Positions 9,467 to 17,564 of a stretch of DNA of 32,000 nucleotides are shown here, piece after piece (within the stretch, counting starts at the first letter, position 1; the number at the start of each line of letters is the position of its first letter). This DNA comes from Candidatus Heimdallarchaeota archaeon (lineage in GTDB: Archaea; Asgardarchaeota; Heimdallarchaeia; Heimdallarchaeales; Kariarchaeaceae): the NCBI GenBank assembly GCA_030149205.1, contig JASBSB010000006.1, positions 120,001 to 152,000 of the forward strand. The letters run 5' to 3'. Made by a program: the position numbers and the translations under genes. The notes below the pieces were generated by a model that saw nothing but the letters and a program-made list of their open reading frames with translations, searched no databases and was not told where the DNA came from.

Positions 9467-9512
9467 AAACTAAACAGGGTACGCTTATTTATAAATTTGT
9501 CCTGTGGTGTAC
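9467..9512 (-). promoter_or_regulatory. Putative promoter (TTATAAAT TATA box) of paralog B
   Basis: Same motif at the same spacing from the GTG as in paralog A. Confidence 0.65.
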
Positions 9513-9620
9513 TGAAAGTCGCACTGTAACTTATTAAGTGTAGTACACTTGAAAAAGAAAATTACTGTTAACCCAGATTAAACGAAAATGTCAATTTCTT
9601 AATTTACAGATGGCGATATT

Positions 9621-10157
9621 TCAATTTTTTTGGACTACCTTGTTTTCACTTGCAAATCTTATGTACCACCAATAAAGACTAACACCCAAAAGAACGAGAA
9701 TTATCAAGAATTGAGGAAGGGCACTTAGAGATTTGGTTTCTCGATATCCTCCAGATTGCATAATCATCATAACCAACAAAATCTGTAAAAACACAGCTAC
9801 AGACACAGATGCAGCAGATTTAATTTTATTATGTTTCTCATTCAAAATCTGAACAGTGTAATACAGGGCATAATAAGAAGGGATGTTTAGGATCATGACA
9901 ATCCACCAAGGTTCCATCTTCAATTGAAATGTATTATAAATTGGTGCTGGTTGTAATATTTGATAAATTGTCCAAGGATAGTAGTAAGACACTTCAATTA
10001 TATTTCCATTATTAGTTGTTGCTATAATTGGAACAAAAACAATTACTGTGGATACCACTGCTGTGAGGATATACCGGATGAGTCTGTCATTTCTGGATGC
10101 AAACGGTGTTGCTTCTTGAACTGTTGAAGCCAAAGCTTGTAATGACACTAATAACAC
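9621..10157 (-). CDS. Hypothetical membrane protein (about 4 TM)
   Basis: 178 aa with four hydrophobic stretches and no recognised motif. Confidence 0.65.
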   Translation of the reverse strand: MLLVSLQALASTVQEATPFASRNDRLIRYILTAVVSTVIVFVPIIATTNNGNIIEVSYYYPWTIYQILQPAPIYNTFQLKMEPWWIVMILNIPSYYALYYTVQILNEKHNKIKSAASVSVAVFLQILLVMMIMQSGGYRETKSLSALPQFLIILVLLGVSLYWWYIRFASENKVVQKN

Positions 10158-10262
10158 ATCTAAACAAGGACTTAATTATCTTTATGATAACAATTGAACT
10201 TTCTGTGAAAATCTAATTTATAGGAATGCTAAGTTTTAAGTCACTGACAAAAAGTAAGACTC

Positions 10263-11108
10263 ATGACTTTTTCGATCGTTGCATTCGATTCAGAAACCCG
10301 GGAGTTAGGAGTTGCTGTCTCTTCAAAATTCCCAGCAGTGGGATCACTTGTCCCTTGGATATCAATGGATGCAGGAGCGATAGCGACTCAGGCACTTGCT
10401 GACCTTAAATATGGTGTGAATGGACTCAAGCTTCTACAAGCAGGCGCCAGTGCATCTCAGGTTTTACGAGTAATTAATGAGCAAGACCCAGGAAAAGAAT
10501 CTCGACAGGTAGGGATTGTAGATCTAAATGGGAATTCAGTAAGCTTTACAGGAAAGGAATGTTACCCTTATGCTGGAGGACTAACAGGAGAAGGTGTCGC
10601 CGTTCAAGGCAATATTTTAGCCGGAGAAGAGGTCATTAACAATATGATGGACACGTATCTCAAAAAACAGGGAGATTTGTCTGAGAGGTTAATGAGTGCT
10701 CTTGAAGCCGGTCAAAAGGCAGGTGGGGACAGCAGAGGACAACAATCTGCAAATTTGTTGGTATATAAGAAAAATGGGGGATACAGAGGGGGTAGTGATA
10801 TTTATGTAGATGTCAGGGTGGACGATCATCCAAATGCAACCTACGAGTTACGCAAGGTGTTTGAGTTGTACTCATTAACTTTGCTACAAAGAGATGACCC
10901 AAAAAACATTAGTAGACTGGATGCTGAACTGTTAGAGAAAATTACAGACAAGTTGTATGAAATTAAGTTTTTAAAATCACCAATAACTGAGGAAGAAGCC
11001 AGGTTACCTGCCTTTGTTCAATGGATACATACTGAGAATTTTGAGAACAAGGAGAGATTTGATGGGTATGTTTGGAATTCAGTTCTGGATCATTTGTGGA
11101 AATTATAA
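10263..11108 (+). CDS. DUF1028 family protein (Ntn-hydrolase-like fold)
   Basis: MTFSIVAFD...LGVAVSSKFPAVG...GAIATQA...RQVGIVD...QGNILAG...GGDSRGQQSA...DVRVDDHP signature. Confidence 0.9.
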   Translation: MTFSIVAFDSETRELGVAVSSKFPAVGSLVPWISMDAGAIATQALADLKYGVNGLKLLQAGASASQVLRVINEQDPGKESRQVGIVDLNGNSVSFTGKECYPYAGGLTGEGVAVQGNILAGEEVINNMMDTYLKKQGDLSERLMSALEAGQKAGGDSRGQQSANLLVYKKNGGYRGGSDIYVDVRVDDHPNATYELRKVFELYSLTLLQRDDPKNISRLDAELLEKITDKLYEIKFLKSPITEEEARLPAFVQWIHTENFENKERFDGYVWNSVLDHLWKL

Positions 11109-11111
11109 TGG

Positions 11112-12203
11112 TTAAGGCTTGATGATTGCTTTCATAACTATGTAATTTTCTACATCGGTGAGAGCTTTTCTTGTTTCCTCTAGATTGTACTCTTGTGAAA
11201 TAATCTTTTCCCATGGATATTTGGAATGATAAGCCTCTACAAATTTGACGGCTAAATAGAAATGGGAGAAATCTGACCCCCAAGAACCCCTAACAGTTAG
11301 ATGCTTCTTGTTGATATCTAAGTGGGGATTAATAGCGATCTCACCTGAGTTGGTATATTGTCCAACAATCACATAGGTTCCTCCATCACGAACAAGTCCA
11401 AATCCCTCCTTTACTGCTTGTGCAACACCTGTTGCCTCAATTATCTTGTCAGCACCTCTATTGTTGGTCAAATTTTTAACCAATTTGATCCTTTCTTCTG
11501 GTGAATATTCATCAATTGAAATTGTATCTTCAATACCAAATTGTCTGACAATGTCAAGTCTTAAGCTGGGCCCACCAATTACAATGACTTTAAACGCACC
11601 ACTTCTTTTTGCAATGATAGCTGACATTAAACCAACTGGACCCGAACCCTGAACTACAACCGTATCCCCCAAATGAATATTTGCTCTTTCCACAGCATGA
11701 ATTGCTGTTGGTAATCCACAACCTGCTGCGATGAAGGTTTTTGCAAATTTGGGCGAGGTTAATTTAATGATCTTGACCCCTGGTTTTAGATAAATATAAT
11801 TTGACCATCCCCCTAATAACCCATCATTTGCTGAATATGTTATCCCATACACCTTCCTTTTTGGACATCTGGTGCTCTCTTTTGCAACCAAACAGAACCA
11901 ACACGAATTACAGGTCTCATTAACATCTAAGAAGGTAACAGCATCTCCTGGTTTGATTAAGTCCCCCTCAACATCAGTTACCTCACCATTTACCTCTTCA
12001 ACTAGTCCTGTGCTAACATGACCTGGGATAATGGGATATGGAACACCACTTAGTTTGTTATGACTCAGGTGAACATCTGTCCCACATACCTCAGAGTAAA
12101 GAGTTTTGATTAACACTGCACCATTTTCTAATGTTGGTCTTTCTATGTCTTTCACTGTGATTTCTCCAGCTTCATTCATCAATGCTGCTTTAACTTTATC
12201 CAC
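11112..12203 (-). CDS. Zinc-binding medium-chain dehydrogenase (MDR)
   Basis: CGTDVH, structural Zn motif CNSCWFC...C and GSGPVG NAD-binding motif; GHV in place of the usual GHE. Confidence 0.9.
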   Translation of the reverse strand: MDKVKAALMNEAGEITVKDIERPTLENGAVLIKTLYSEVCGTDVHLSHNKLSGVPYPIIPGHVSTGLVEEVNGEVTDVEGDLIKPGDAVTFLDVNETCNSCWFCLVAKESTRCPKRKVYGITYSANDGLLGGWSNYIYLKPGVKIIKLTSPKFAKTFIAAGCGLPTAIHAVERANIHLGDTVVVQGSGPVGLMSAIIAKRSGAFKVIVIGGPSLRLDIVRQFGIEDTISIDEYSPEERIKLVKNLTNNRGADKIIEATGVAQAVKEGFGLVRDGGTYVIVGQYTNSGEIAINPHLDINKKHLTVRGSWGSDFSHFYLAVKFVEAYHSKYPWEKIISQEYNLEETRKALTDVENYIVMKAIIKP

Positions 12204-12536
12204 AGGTAATATTCCAAGAAAAAAAGATAAACCTTGGTTTTCTCCTTATTCTAATTACCTAATAAACCGAAAATTTTTCTCTGTAGGCTTAATAACTGTG
12301 AAACAACGAGGAATTATACCAATGAACCTCAAAATTTAATGTTAATGGATAGGATAATATTAGCTTCACATAAATATAGAACTCTAGACCGATCTTGACA
12401 TAACTTGTCGAATCTCTTATGCGTAGAGCGATAAAAACCCCTACAAAAGTATGTAACGAAGTTTCTCTGTTTTATCTAAGTTCTATACCACCTTTTGAAT
12501 CATTACAGACACAAAGATTAAAGCCATTTTTTGTTA

Positions 12537-13265
12537 TCAAAAAAAATTGTCCAAACTAGTACTTCTATCTATTCGAGTTGTTATATTTTGAATTGTTTTC
12601 CATTTAAGACGTGCATGCTTGGGAAAAGAATGATATTTTTTGTAATATTCAACTAAAAATTGTTTTGCATTGCTGGGGTAACCCTTGCCAAAACTTGGGA
12701 GAGTTGGGTCAAAATTTTTCATTTCCTCCTGTAGAATTTTTATGGTTTCATCTCTGACATATTTAGCAATGATGCTAGCAGCTCCCACAGCAACAAATTT
12801 AGCATCCCCTTTATGTTCAGAAACAACCCTATATTTACCGATACAAGCTTTAGATACTTGAGATCCAAATCTTTCAGCATTGACATCTGCAGCATCAAGT
12901 TGTAACTCTTCAAATGACCCACAATATTCTTTTAATAGATTTTGAAACTTAAAAACTTCAATTTCATTTAGAGTGTACTTCTCCATTAAGGAGTTAATTT
13001 CTGTGGCTTCTACTCTTAGTACTTTGTACGCTGAAACAATACTAGTTATTTCTTGAGCAAGTCTAGACCGAGACTTTTCTGTGAGCTTTTTGCTGTCATC
13101 AACACCTAAATCCAACAGTTTCTTCTTTTGAACAGGAGTCACTCCTACCAAACCCACAACTAATGGACCTAATACTGGGCCTCTTCCTGCTTCATCCATT
13201 CCTACAATCAAACCCTTCTGGTTGGAAGTTTTGCCTTCAATTAGAGATTCCAATAGCCTGTTCAA
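12537..13265 (-). CDS. rnhB: Ribonuclease HII with C-terminal PIP-box
   Basis: GMDEAGRGPVLGP, GVDDSKKL, LDAAD, HKGD, AASIIAK and GKGYPS motifs; C-terminal STSLDNFF PCNA-binding-type motif. Confidence 0.95.
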   Translation of the reverse strand: MNRLLESLIEGKTSNQKGLIVGMDEAGRGPVLGPLVVGLVGVTPVQKKKLLDLGVDDSKKLTEKSRSRLAQEITSIVSAYKVLRVEATEINSLMEKYTLNEIEVFKFQNLLKEYCGSFEELQLDAADVNAERFGSQVSKACIGKYRVVSEHKGDAKFVAVGAASIIAKYVRDETIKILQEEMKNFDPTLPSFGKGYPSNAKQFLVEYYKKYHSFPKHARLKWKTIQNITTRIDRSTSLDNFF

Positions 13266-13342
13266 ATATTATCACACTTCACCACTACTAAAAGATTTTA
13301 ATTTTGAAGTTAGATACAGAGAGATTTGTAATTAATTTTATT

Positions 13343-14515
13343 TCAAGGATTACTTAGTTTTAACAAAACCGAATCAAGTACTTCTCTACTTGCTTTGGTT
13401 CGAATGCTCTGAGAACGGAATAATGTGTTGGTGGATTTAAAACCTCTATTCAACAACTCTTCTATCACATATTTTTGTTTTGGCATATTAATTCCTAGTT
13501 TACTTGCACGATCATCTAAGGCATAATAATAGGGAATATCAGCTGCATTAACTGCTTCTTCAAGAAATTTTATTATTCTTTTTTTGGTTCCAAGTTCCAT
13601 TTCTGCGATTAGATTTATAGCATCACTACACCAATCAGGATCAAACAGGTTCCCAGACCAAACTGGCCCAAAATACTCTATTTTGTCGCAGCATTCCATT
13701 GTTTCACCCAGAGATAGAAATTTAAATTTTTGGCATTTTGTACAAACTGCTCCTGACTTAATCTGTTCTAACAGTTTATTTGATCGTCCTCTACCTTCAG
13801 TTAAAAGGAAGAAGACTTTTATGTAATGATCTGCAGAAATAGAGAATACCGGGATAGGAGCGCGTTCGAACCTCCCTCCTGATCTAAGCACCAGGCCAAT
13901 TAAGATTCGAACAGCAGTTTCGTGTGTGAAGTGATTGTTTAAAGAGATCGCACCGTATTTTCTTAGGCAAGACATCGGAAAAACACCAGCAAGAGCAGTC
14001 ATATCAGTGGCAGTAACAGAAAGCAATCCTCGCTTCTGCAGCACTCTCCAAATTGAATCAATGAAGGGAGCTGGACTTCCGAATGGATCCAAATCAATGA
14101 CATGATAGCGTTTTCTGTCCTCAGCAAGATCAAAAGATAGTGCTCTTGCTTCTCTGTTCTCAATTTGTATTAAATCAGAATTATCTTGTAGAGTGTTTGA
14201 AAGCTTCATGATCTCATAAGAAATTTTTGACAAATCATTTAGAACTACCTCAGTCAAATTTTCAGATATCTCTGATATCATCCTCATACCCCTAACACCT
14301 ATTCCAGCCAACGGATCATAGAATCTTATGGCTCTGTTGTTTCTTTGGGAATATAATTTCGTAAACAATATTGATAAATCTCGATTTAGTTCCATTGATG
14401 GATTATAAAAGGCTGGGAGGTCATAGATGTGTTCACCCTGAATTTTGTAGAACTGGCCTTGCCCTTCTTTGCTTAATTCAAGGGGGTAAACTGTATCTTC
14501 AACCTTCAAGTTCAT
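13343..14515 (-). CDS. trm1: tRNA (guanine-N2)-dimethyltransferase Trm1
   Basis: FYNPSMELNRD, DPLAGIGVRG, DLDPFGSP, VTATD, ETAVRIL and DHYIKVF motifs. Likely start is ATG at 14515 (track gives 14545), overlapping the rlmE stop. Confidence 0.93.
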   Translation of the reverse strand: MNLKVEDTVYPLELSKEGQGQFYKIQGEHIYDLPAFYNPSMELNRDLSILFTKLYSQRNNRAIRFYDPLAGIGVRGMRMISEISENLTEVVLNDLSKISYEIMKLSNTLQDNSDLIQIENREARALSFDLAEDRKRYHVIDLDPFGSPAPFIDSIWRVLQKRGLLSVTATDMTALAGVFPMSCLRKYGAISLNNHFTHETAVRILIGLVLRSGGRFERAPIPVFSISADHYIKVFFLLTEGRGRSNKLLEQIKSGAVCTKCQKFKFLSLGETMECCDKIEYFGPVWSGNLFDPDWCSDAINLIAEMELGTKKRIIKFLEEAVNAADIPYYYALDDRASKLGINMPKQKYVIEELLNRGFKSTNTLFRSQSIRTKASREVLDSVLLKLSNP

Positions 14516-15122
14516 CAGATTTACCTCTAAAATCTGTACACACAAAGAATTCCTCAGCGGACTTCTTTCTAGTTGCTTTTGGTCTGTATCTTCTCAGTTT
14601 CTCAAATCTTTGATGAATTTCATTTTCTAATTCCTTGATATTTGGCCCTCTAAAAACCTTAGTCACAAACGTCCCACCCTCTTTTAATATTAAATCACAG
14701 ACGTCCAATGCAATTTCCACCAAATAGTTCTGTCTGTCTGCATCTAATCCCCAATTTCCTGTCACATCTCCCGCTAAATCGGACAAGACGAGATCAGCTT
14801 TGGTTCCAACTCTCTCTTTAAGAAAATCCAGTAAAGACTTATTTCTCATATCCATATTTATGATCTCAATATTTTTATCTTCAAATGGACGAATTGGTCT
14901 CTTATCAAGGGCAAATACCATTCCCTGACCCTTTAGATATTTTGAGGCAATCTGACTCCATCCCCCAGGTGCAGCACCCAAATCCAAGATTATATCACCC
15001 CTATGAATTACATAAAACTTTTTTTGAAGCTCTTCCAACTTAAATGCTGACCTAGACCTATATCCTTCTGCCTTTGCTCGTTTATAGTAAAATTCTTTTT
15101 TTCTTTCATCAATGAAGGACAT
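14499..15122 (-). CDS. rlmE: 23S rRNA 2'-O-methyltransferase RlmE (FtsJ/RrmJ)
   Basis: GYRSRSAFKL, DLGAAPGGWSQ, VLSD, TKVF and RPKATRKKSAEEF motifs. Confidence 0.95.
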   Translation of the reverse strand: MSFIDERKKEFYYKRAKAEGYRSRSAFKLEELQKKFYVIHRGDIILDLGAAPGGWSQIASKYLKGQGMVFALDKRPIRPFEDKNIEIINMDMRNKSLLDFLKERVGTKADLVLSDLAGDVTGNWGLDADRQNYLVEIALDVCDLILKEGGTFVTKVFRGPNIKELENEIHQRFEKLRRYRPKATRKKSAEEFFVCTDFRGKSDELEG

Positions 15123-15266
15123 ACAGATATTTTATCTTTAGATATTTAATATAAGACATTTACATTAGATTTCAATTAATGATGAAAAATCTATCATTAG
15201 TTAAAGTTTGAAGATTTAAGAAAAAAGCATCGAAGATGTTTTATTCCATATAATTTCTCTGCTCTT

Positions 15267-15650
15267 ATGGATATAAAAGCAACAATTCAACAGGAGATAG
15301 AAACACTTCATGTTTTGTTTCAAGAATGGTTTAATGGAAGTTTACCAGAGTTCTATGATATCCAAAAAAGGTTTAGGGGAGATTTTAAGATGATTAACCC
15401 TAACGGTAAAATAGTATCTCAGGAAGAGGTTGTCACACTAATAAAAAATGGAAGAGGAAAAAATCAAGATATTGTAATTTCAGTTGACCAAGTAACATTA
15501 GTCGAATCCTTCAACAATCATCACTTGGTCTATTACAGAGAGACACAAGTTGAAGAGGATAAAATCCTAAATCAGAGACTATCCACAGCATTGCTTTATC
15601 AAACTCAAGAAAGGTTATTTTGGAAGTTTGTTCAAGAGACTTGGCTGTAG
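15267..15650 (+). CDS. DUF4440 / NTF2-like (SnoaL-fold) protein
   Basis: IETLHVLFQEWFNG...FKMINPNG...RLSTALL...W.F.QETW pattern typical of this family. Confidence 0.7.
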   Translation: MDIKATIQQEIETLHVLFQEWFNGSLPEFYDIQKRFRGDFKMINPNGKIVSQEEVVTLIKNGRGKNQDIVISVDQVTLVESFNNHHLVYYRETQVEEDKILNQRLSTALLYQTQERLFWKFVQETWL

Positions 15651-15652
15651 TA

Positions 15653-16081
15653 TTATTTTCGAAGTTCTAACTCTATCTCGTATTCAATCCACTCTTGAAG
15701 CTCCTCACAGGTTGCTGGGGAGACTGGATTGCCAATTTTACATTCGGACATAATTGGGCATGTAAGACATGGCTGCGCATTAAAGGATTCCCATATAGAC
15801 TGACTTGGATCAACTAGTTTGATCTTTTTCTGAATCCCTTGTTCTTGGTCAATTTCAGATTTATAGATAAGAATCTTATTTTGAAGCATTAAATCTTTCA
15901 GCTTGTCATGAACTTTTTCATAATTCCCAAATTGTTTTGTCACTTCAGTTAGGGTCGTGTCTTTGTATTTATTCAATAGATCTAAAATCCCAGCTTCTAG
16001 GTTTGACTCAAATGATGTACTAATATTGTCTTTAGATCGTTTATCTGAAAAGTTTGACTTAAAATCATCATGGTTAAACAT
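15653..16081 (-). CDS. RPC34/RPC39-like (TFE-beta) transcription factor with winged helix and C-terminal 4-Cys Fe-S domain
   Basis: C-terminal PCLTCPIMSECKIGNPVSPATCEELQEWI has C-x2-C-x5-C-x10-C spacing with SP and W, as in the RPC39/TFE-beta [4Fe-4S] domain; a wHTH-like segment precedes it. Confidence 0.8.
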   Translation of the reverse strand: MFNHDDFKSNFSDKRSKDNISTSFESNLEAGILDLLNKYKDTTLTEVTKQFGNYEKVHDKLKDLMLQNKILIYKSEIDQEQGIQKKIKLVDPSQSIWESFNAQPCLTCPIMSECKIGNPVSPATCEELQEWIEYEIELELRK

Positions 16082-16293
16082 GGTTCATAATCACTTAGCA
16101 TATAGTATAGTTACCTTTAATATAAATCTTTTGGAAGTCCATTGCTCAGTGAGACGTAAATTGATATTTCAATGAGATTTATCTCCCCTTATGCTTTAAA
16201 AGAAAGATTAGCTTTGCACCCCATTATCGGAAATTTTGATTTAATTCATTCTCATGGTTGAGAAAGTTAATATCCTTTAATCGAGGACTATAA

Positions 16294-16731
16294 TTGATGA
16301 GTGATAGACTCTTCAGAATCTTAGAGAACGAGATTTCCAAGGTCAACAGCCATCTCCCCCAAAAAGTTATACCCCTTCATCTTTTGCTTAAAATGGATCA
16401 CCCACAAATATTAACCAGAGACGGGGAGAAGACCACCTTGGATAATAAAGAAATTGAGTCTATAGCTGAGTTATTCAGAGAGTCTGAACTGAAGCGAATT
16501 TCTCTCCCGATCTATATCACAAGAAGAAGGGACATGGGAAAGGGGACATTTGCGATTGGAGGGTCAATTCATAATATCTATATTGTTAGAGGAGTGTTAG
16601 ATGACTCATTACCATCCTTTAACATATGGAAGTTAAAGGATCACCCAGTGTCTGAACGAATAATTTATAATTATCAACTATCTAAAATTAGAAGTAAATT
16701 TCCCACAACTACAGTGATTGCTTTCGCTTAG
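16294..16731 (+). CDS. DUF61 (UPF0216) family archaeal protein
   Basis: EISKVNSHLP...LLL...P.I.TRDG...LD..E...ISLPIYI pattern. Confidence 0.75.
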   Translation: MMSDRLFRILENEISKVNSHLPQKVIPLHLLLKMDHPQILTRDGEKTTLDNKEIESIAELFRESELKRISLPIYITRRRDMGKGTFAIGGSIHNIYIVRGVLDDSLPSFNIWKLKDHPVSERIIYNYQLSKIRSKFPTTTVIAFA

Positions 16732-16733
16732 TT

Positions 16734-17114
16734 TTAGGCTGTCTCAGTTTCTGTTTGGTACAAATTACAACTTGGACATTCAAACTTAGATCCAGGAACA
16801 CAATTGTATGTTGGGTGTTTGTTTATCAATGAGAACTCATGCTTATCTTTATTATAATCTATCTCCATACCTTTAACATATTCCAAGGATGATCTTTCAA
16901 CAACCAATGGAATGCCATCAACAATTGCGTAATAATCCTCTGCTCCTCTCTTTGAAAATTCCAGATCATAAACAAATCCTGCAAATCTATCAATCATAAC
17001 GAAAATTCGGACTACCTGGTCTGTATGTTCAGATAATTTTAACTGACGTTTTAATTCTGTTCTGGCTTCTTCTGTTATTGTTACAAAAACTTCAACAGCA
17101 CCAAGATTAATCAT
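16734..17114 (-). CDS. HesB/IscA-like Fe-S assembly scaffold/carrier-fold protein (atypical Cys pattern)
   Basis: VTITEEA...VRIFV...GFVYDLEF...DGIPLVVERSSLEYVKGMEIDY...FSLIN scaffold. Likely start is ATG at 17114 (track gives 17174). Confidence 0.75.
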   Translation of the reverse strand: MINLGAVEVFVTITEEARTELKRQLKLSEHTDQVVRIFVMIDRFAGFVYDLEFSKRGAEDYYAIVDGIPLVVERSSLEYVKGMEIDYNKDKHEFSLINKHPTYNCVPGSKFECPSCNLYQTETETA

Positions 17115-17151
17115 AAATATTGTTTCCCAAATTACCCTTAAAAGTTTTGGA

Positions 17152-17562
17152 TTATTCCAACTGGTCATCAACAAGAGTTAGTTCAATGGAGTATTGATTC
17201 ATAAGGTATTCCTCAAGGGACTCATAATCATAGTCCCGAATAGATGTAAAAATTGAATTCTTATCTTCATAAAATTGTCTTATCATATCCATTACTAATC
17301 TATGAGATAGCTGTGCTACTTTTGCATAAGAGAAATGTTCATTTTCAAAGTATGGAATATCCATTATCCAATTGGTCTGATCAATCCTGATGAATTGAAG
17401 AGCACCTAGACTGCCTTGTTTTATACTTAATCCTATGTAATTGTTCGGGTCAACACTAACATCAGGTTGATTATCTACAAAAAATAAAACGTCATCTAAC
17501 GGATATGGAAGTTCCCGATATTCTAATTGGGGGATAGTTCCGTATACATTTCTCAAGGTCAT
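17152..17562 (-). CDS. Hypothetical acidic protein
   Basis: 136-aa ORF tightly packed between co-oriented genes. Confidence 0.7.
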   Translation of the reverse strand: MTLRNVYGTIPQLEYRELPYPLDDVLFFVDNQPDVSVDPNNYIGLSIKQGSLGALQFIRIDQTNWIMDIPYFENEHFSYAKVAQLSHRLVMDMIRQFYEDKNSIFTSIRDYDYESLEEYLMNQYSIELTLVDDQLE

Positions 17563-17564
17563 AA

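Larger units (their letters stand above)
6014..9512 (-). repeat. Diverged tandem direct duplication, offset 1833 bp (gene plus about 46 nt of upstream sequence)
   Basis: 7633 to 9466 and 6014 to 7847 both differ by 1833. Upstream sequences align without gaps: aaattaaacttggtttacttatttataagtttgtcttgtggagcac vs aaactaaacagggtacgcttatttataaatttgtcctgtggtgtac. Confidence 0.9.

Noticed and set aside
9505-9550. GTGTACT...AGTACAC inverted repeat upstream of paralog B
   Set aside because: Only 7 bp with a long loop, and not preserved in the corresponding region of paralog A.
12204-12536. 333-bp intergenic gap as a possible small ORF or ncRNA
   Set aside because: Only very short ORFs (about 20 codons or fewer among those checked, plus a shadow ORF) and weak hairpins; no tRNA, SRP, RNase P or C/D features recognised.
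13343-14515. Functional link between trm1 and the two tRNAs in the window
   Set aside because: Trm1 methylates G26, but these tRNAs have U26 (Glu) and A26 (Cys), so the proximity is incidental.
16981-17010. Possible selenocysteine at the missing first Cys of the IscA-like protein
   Set aside because: The codons read ATG ATT GAT AGA TTT GCA GGA, with no in-frame TGA.
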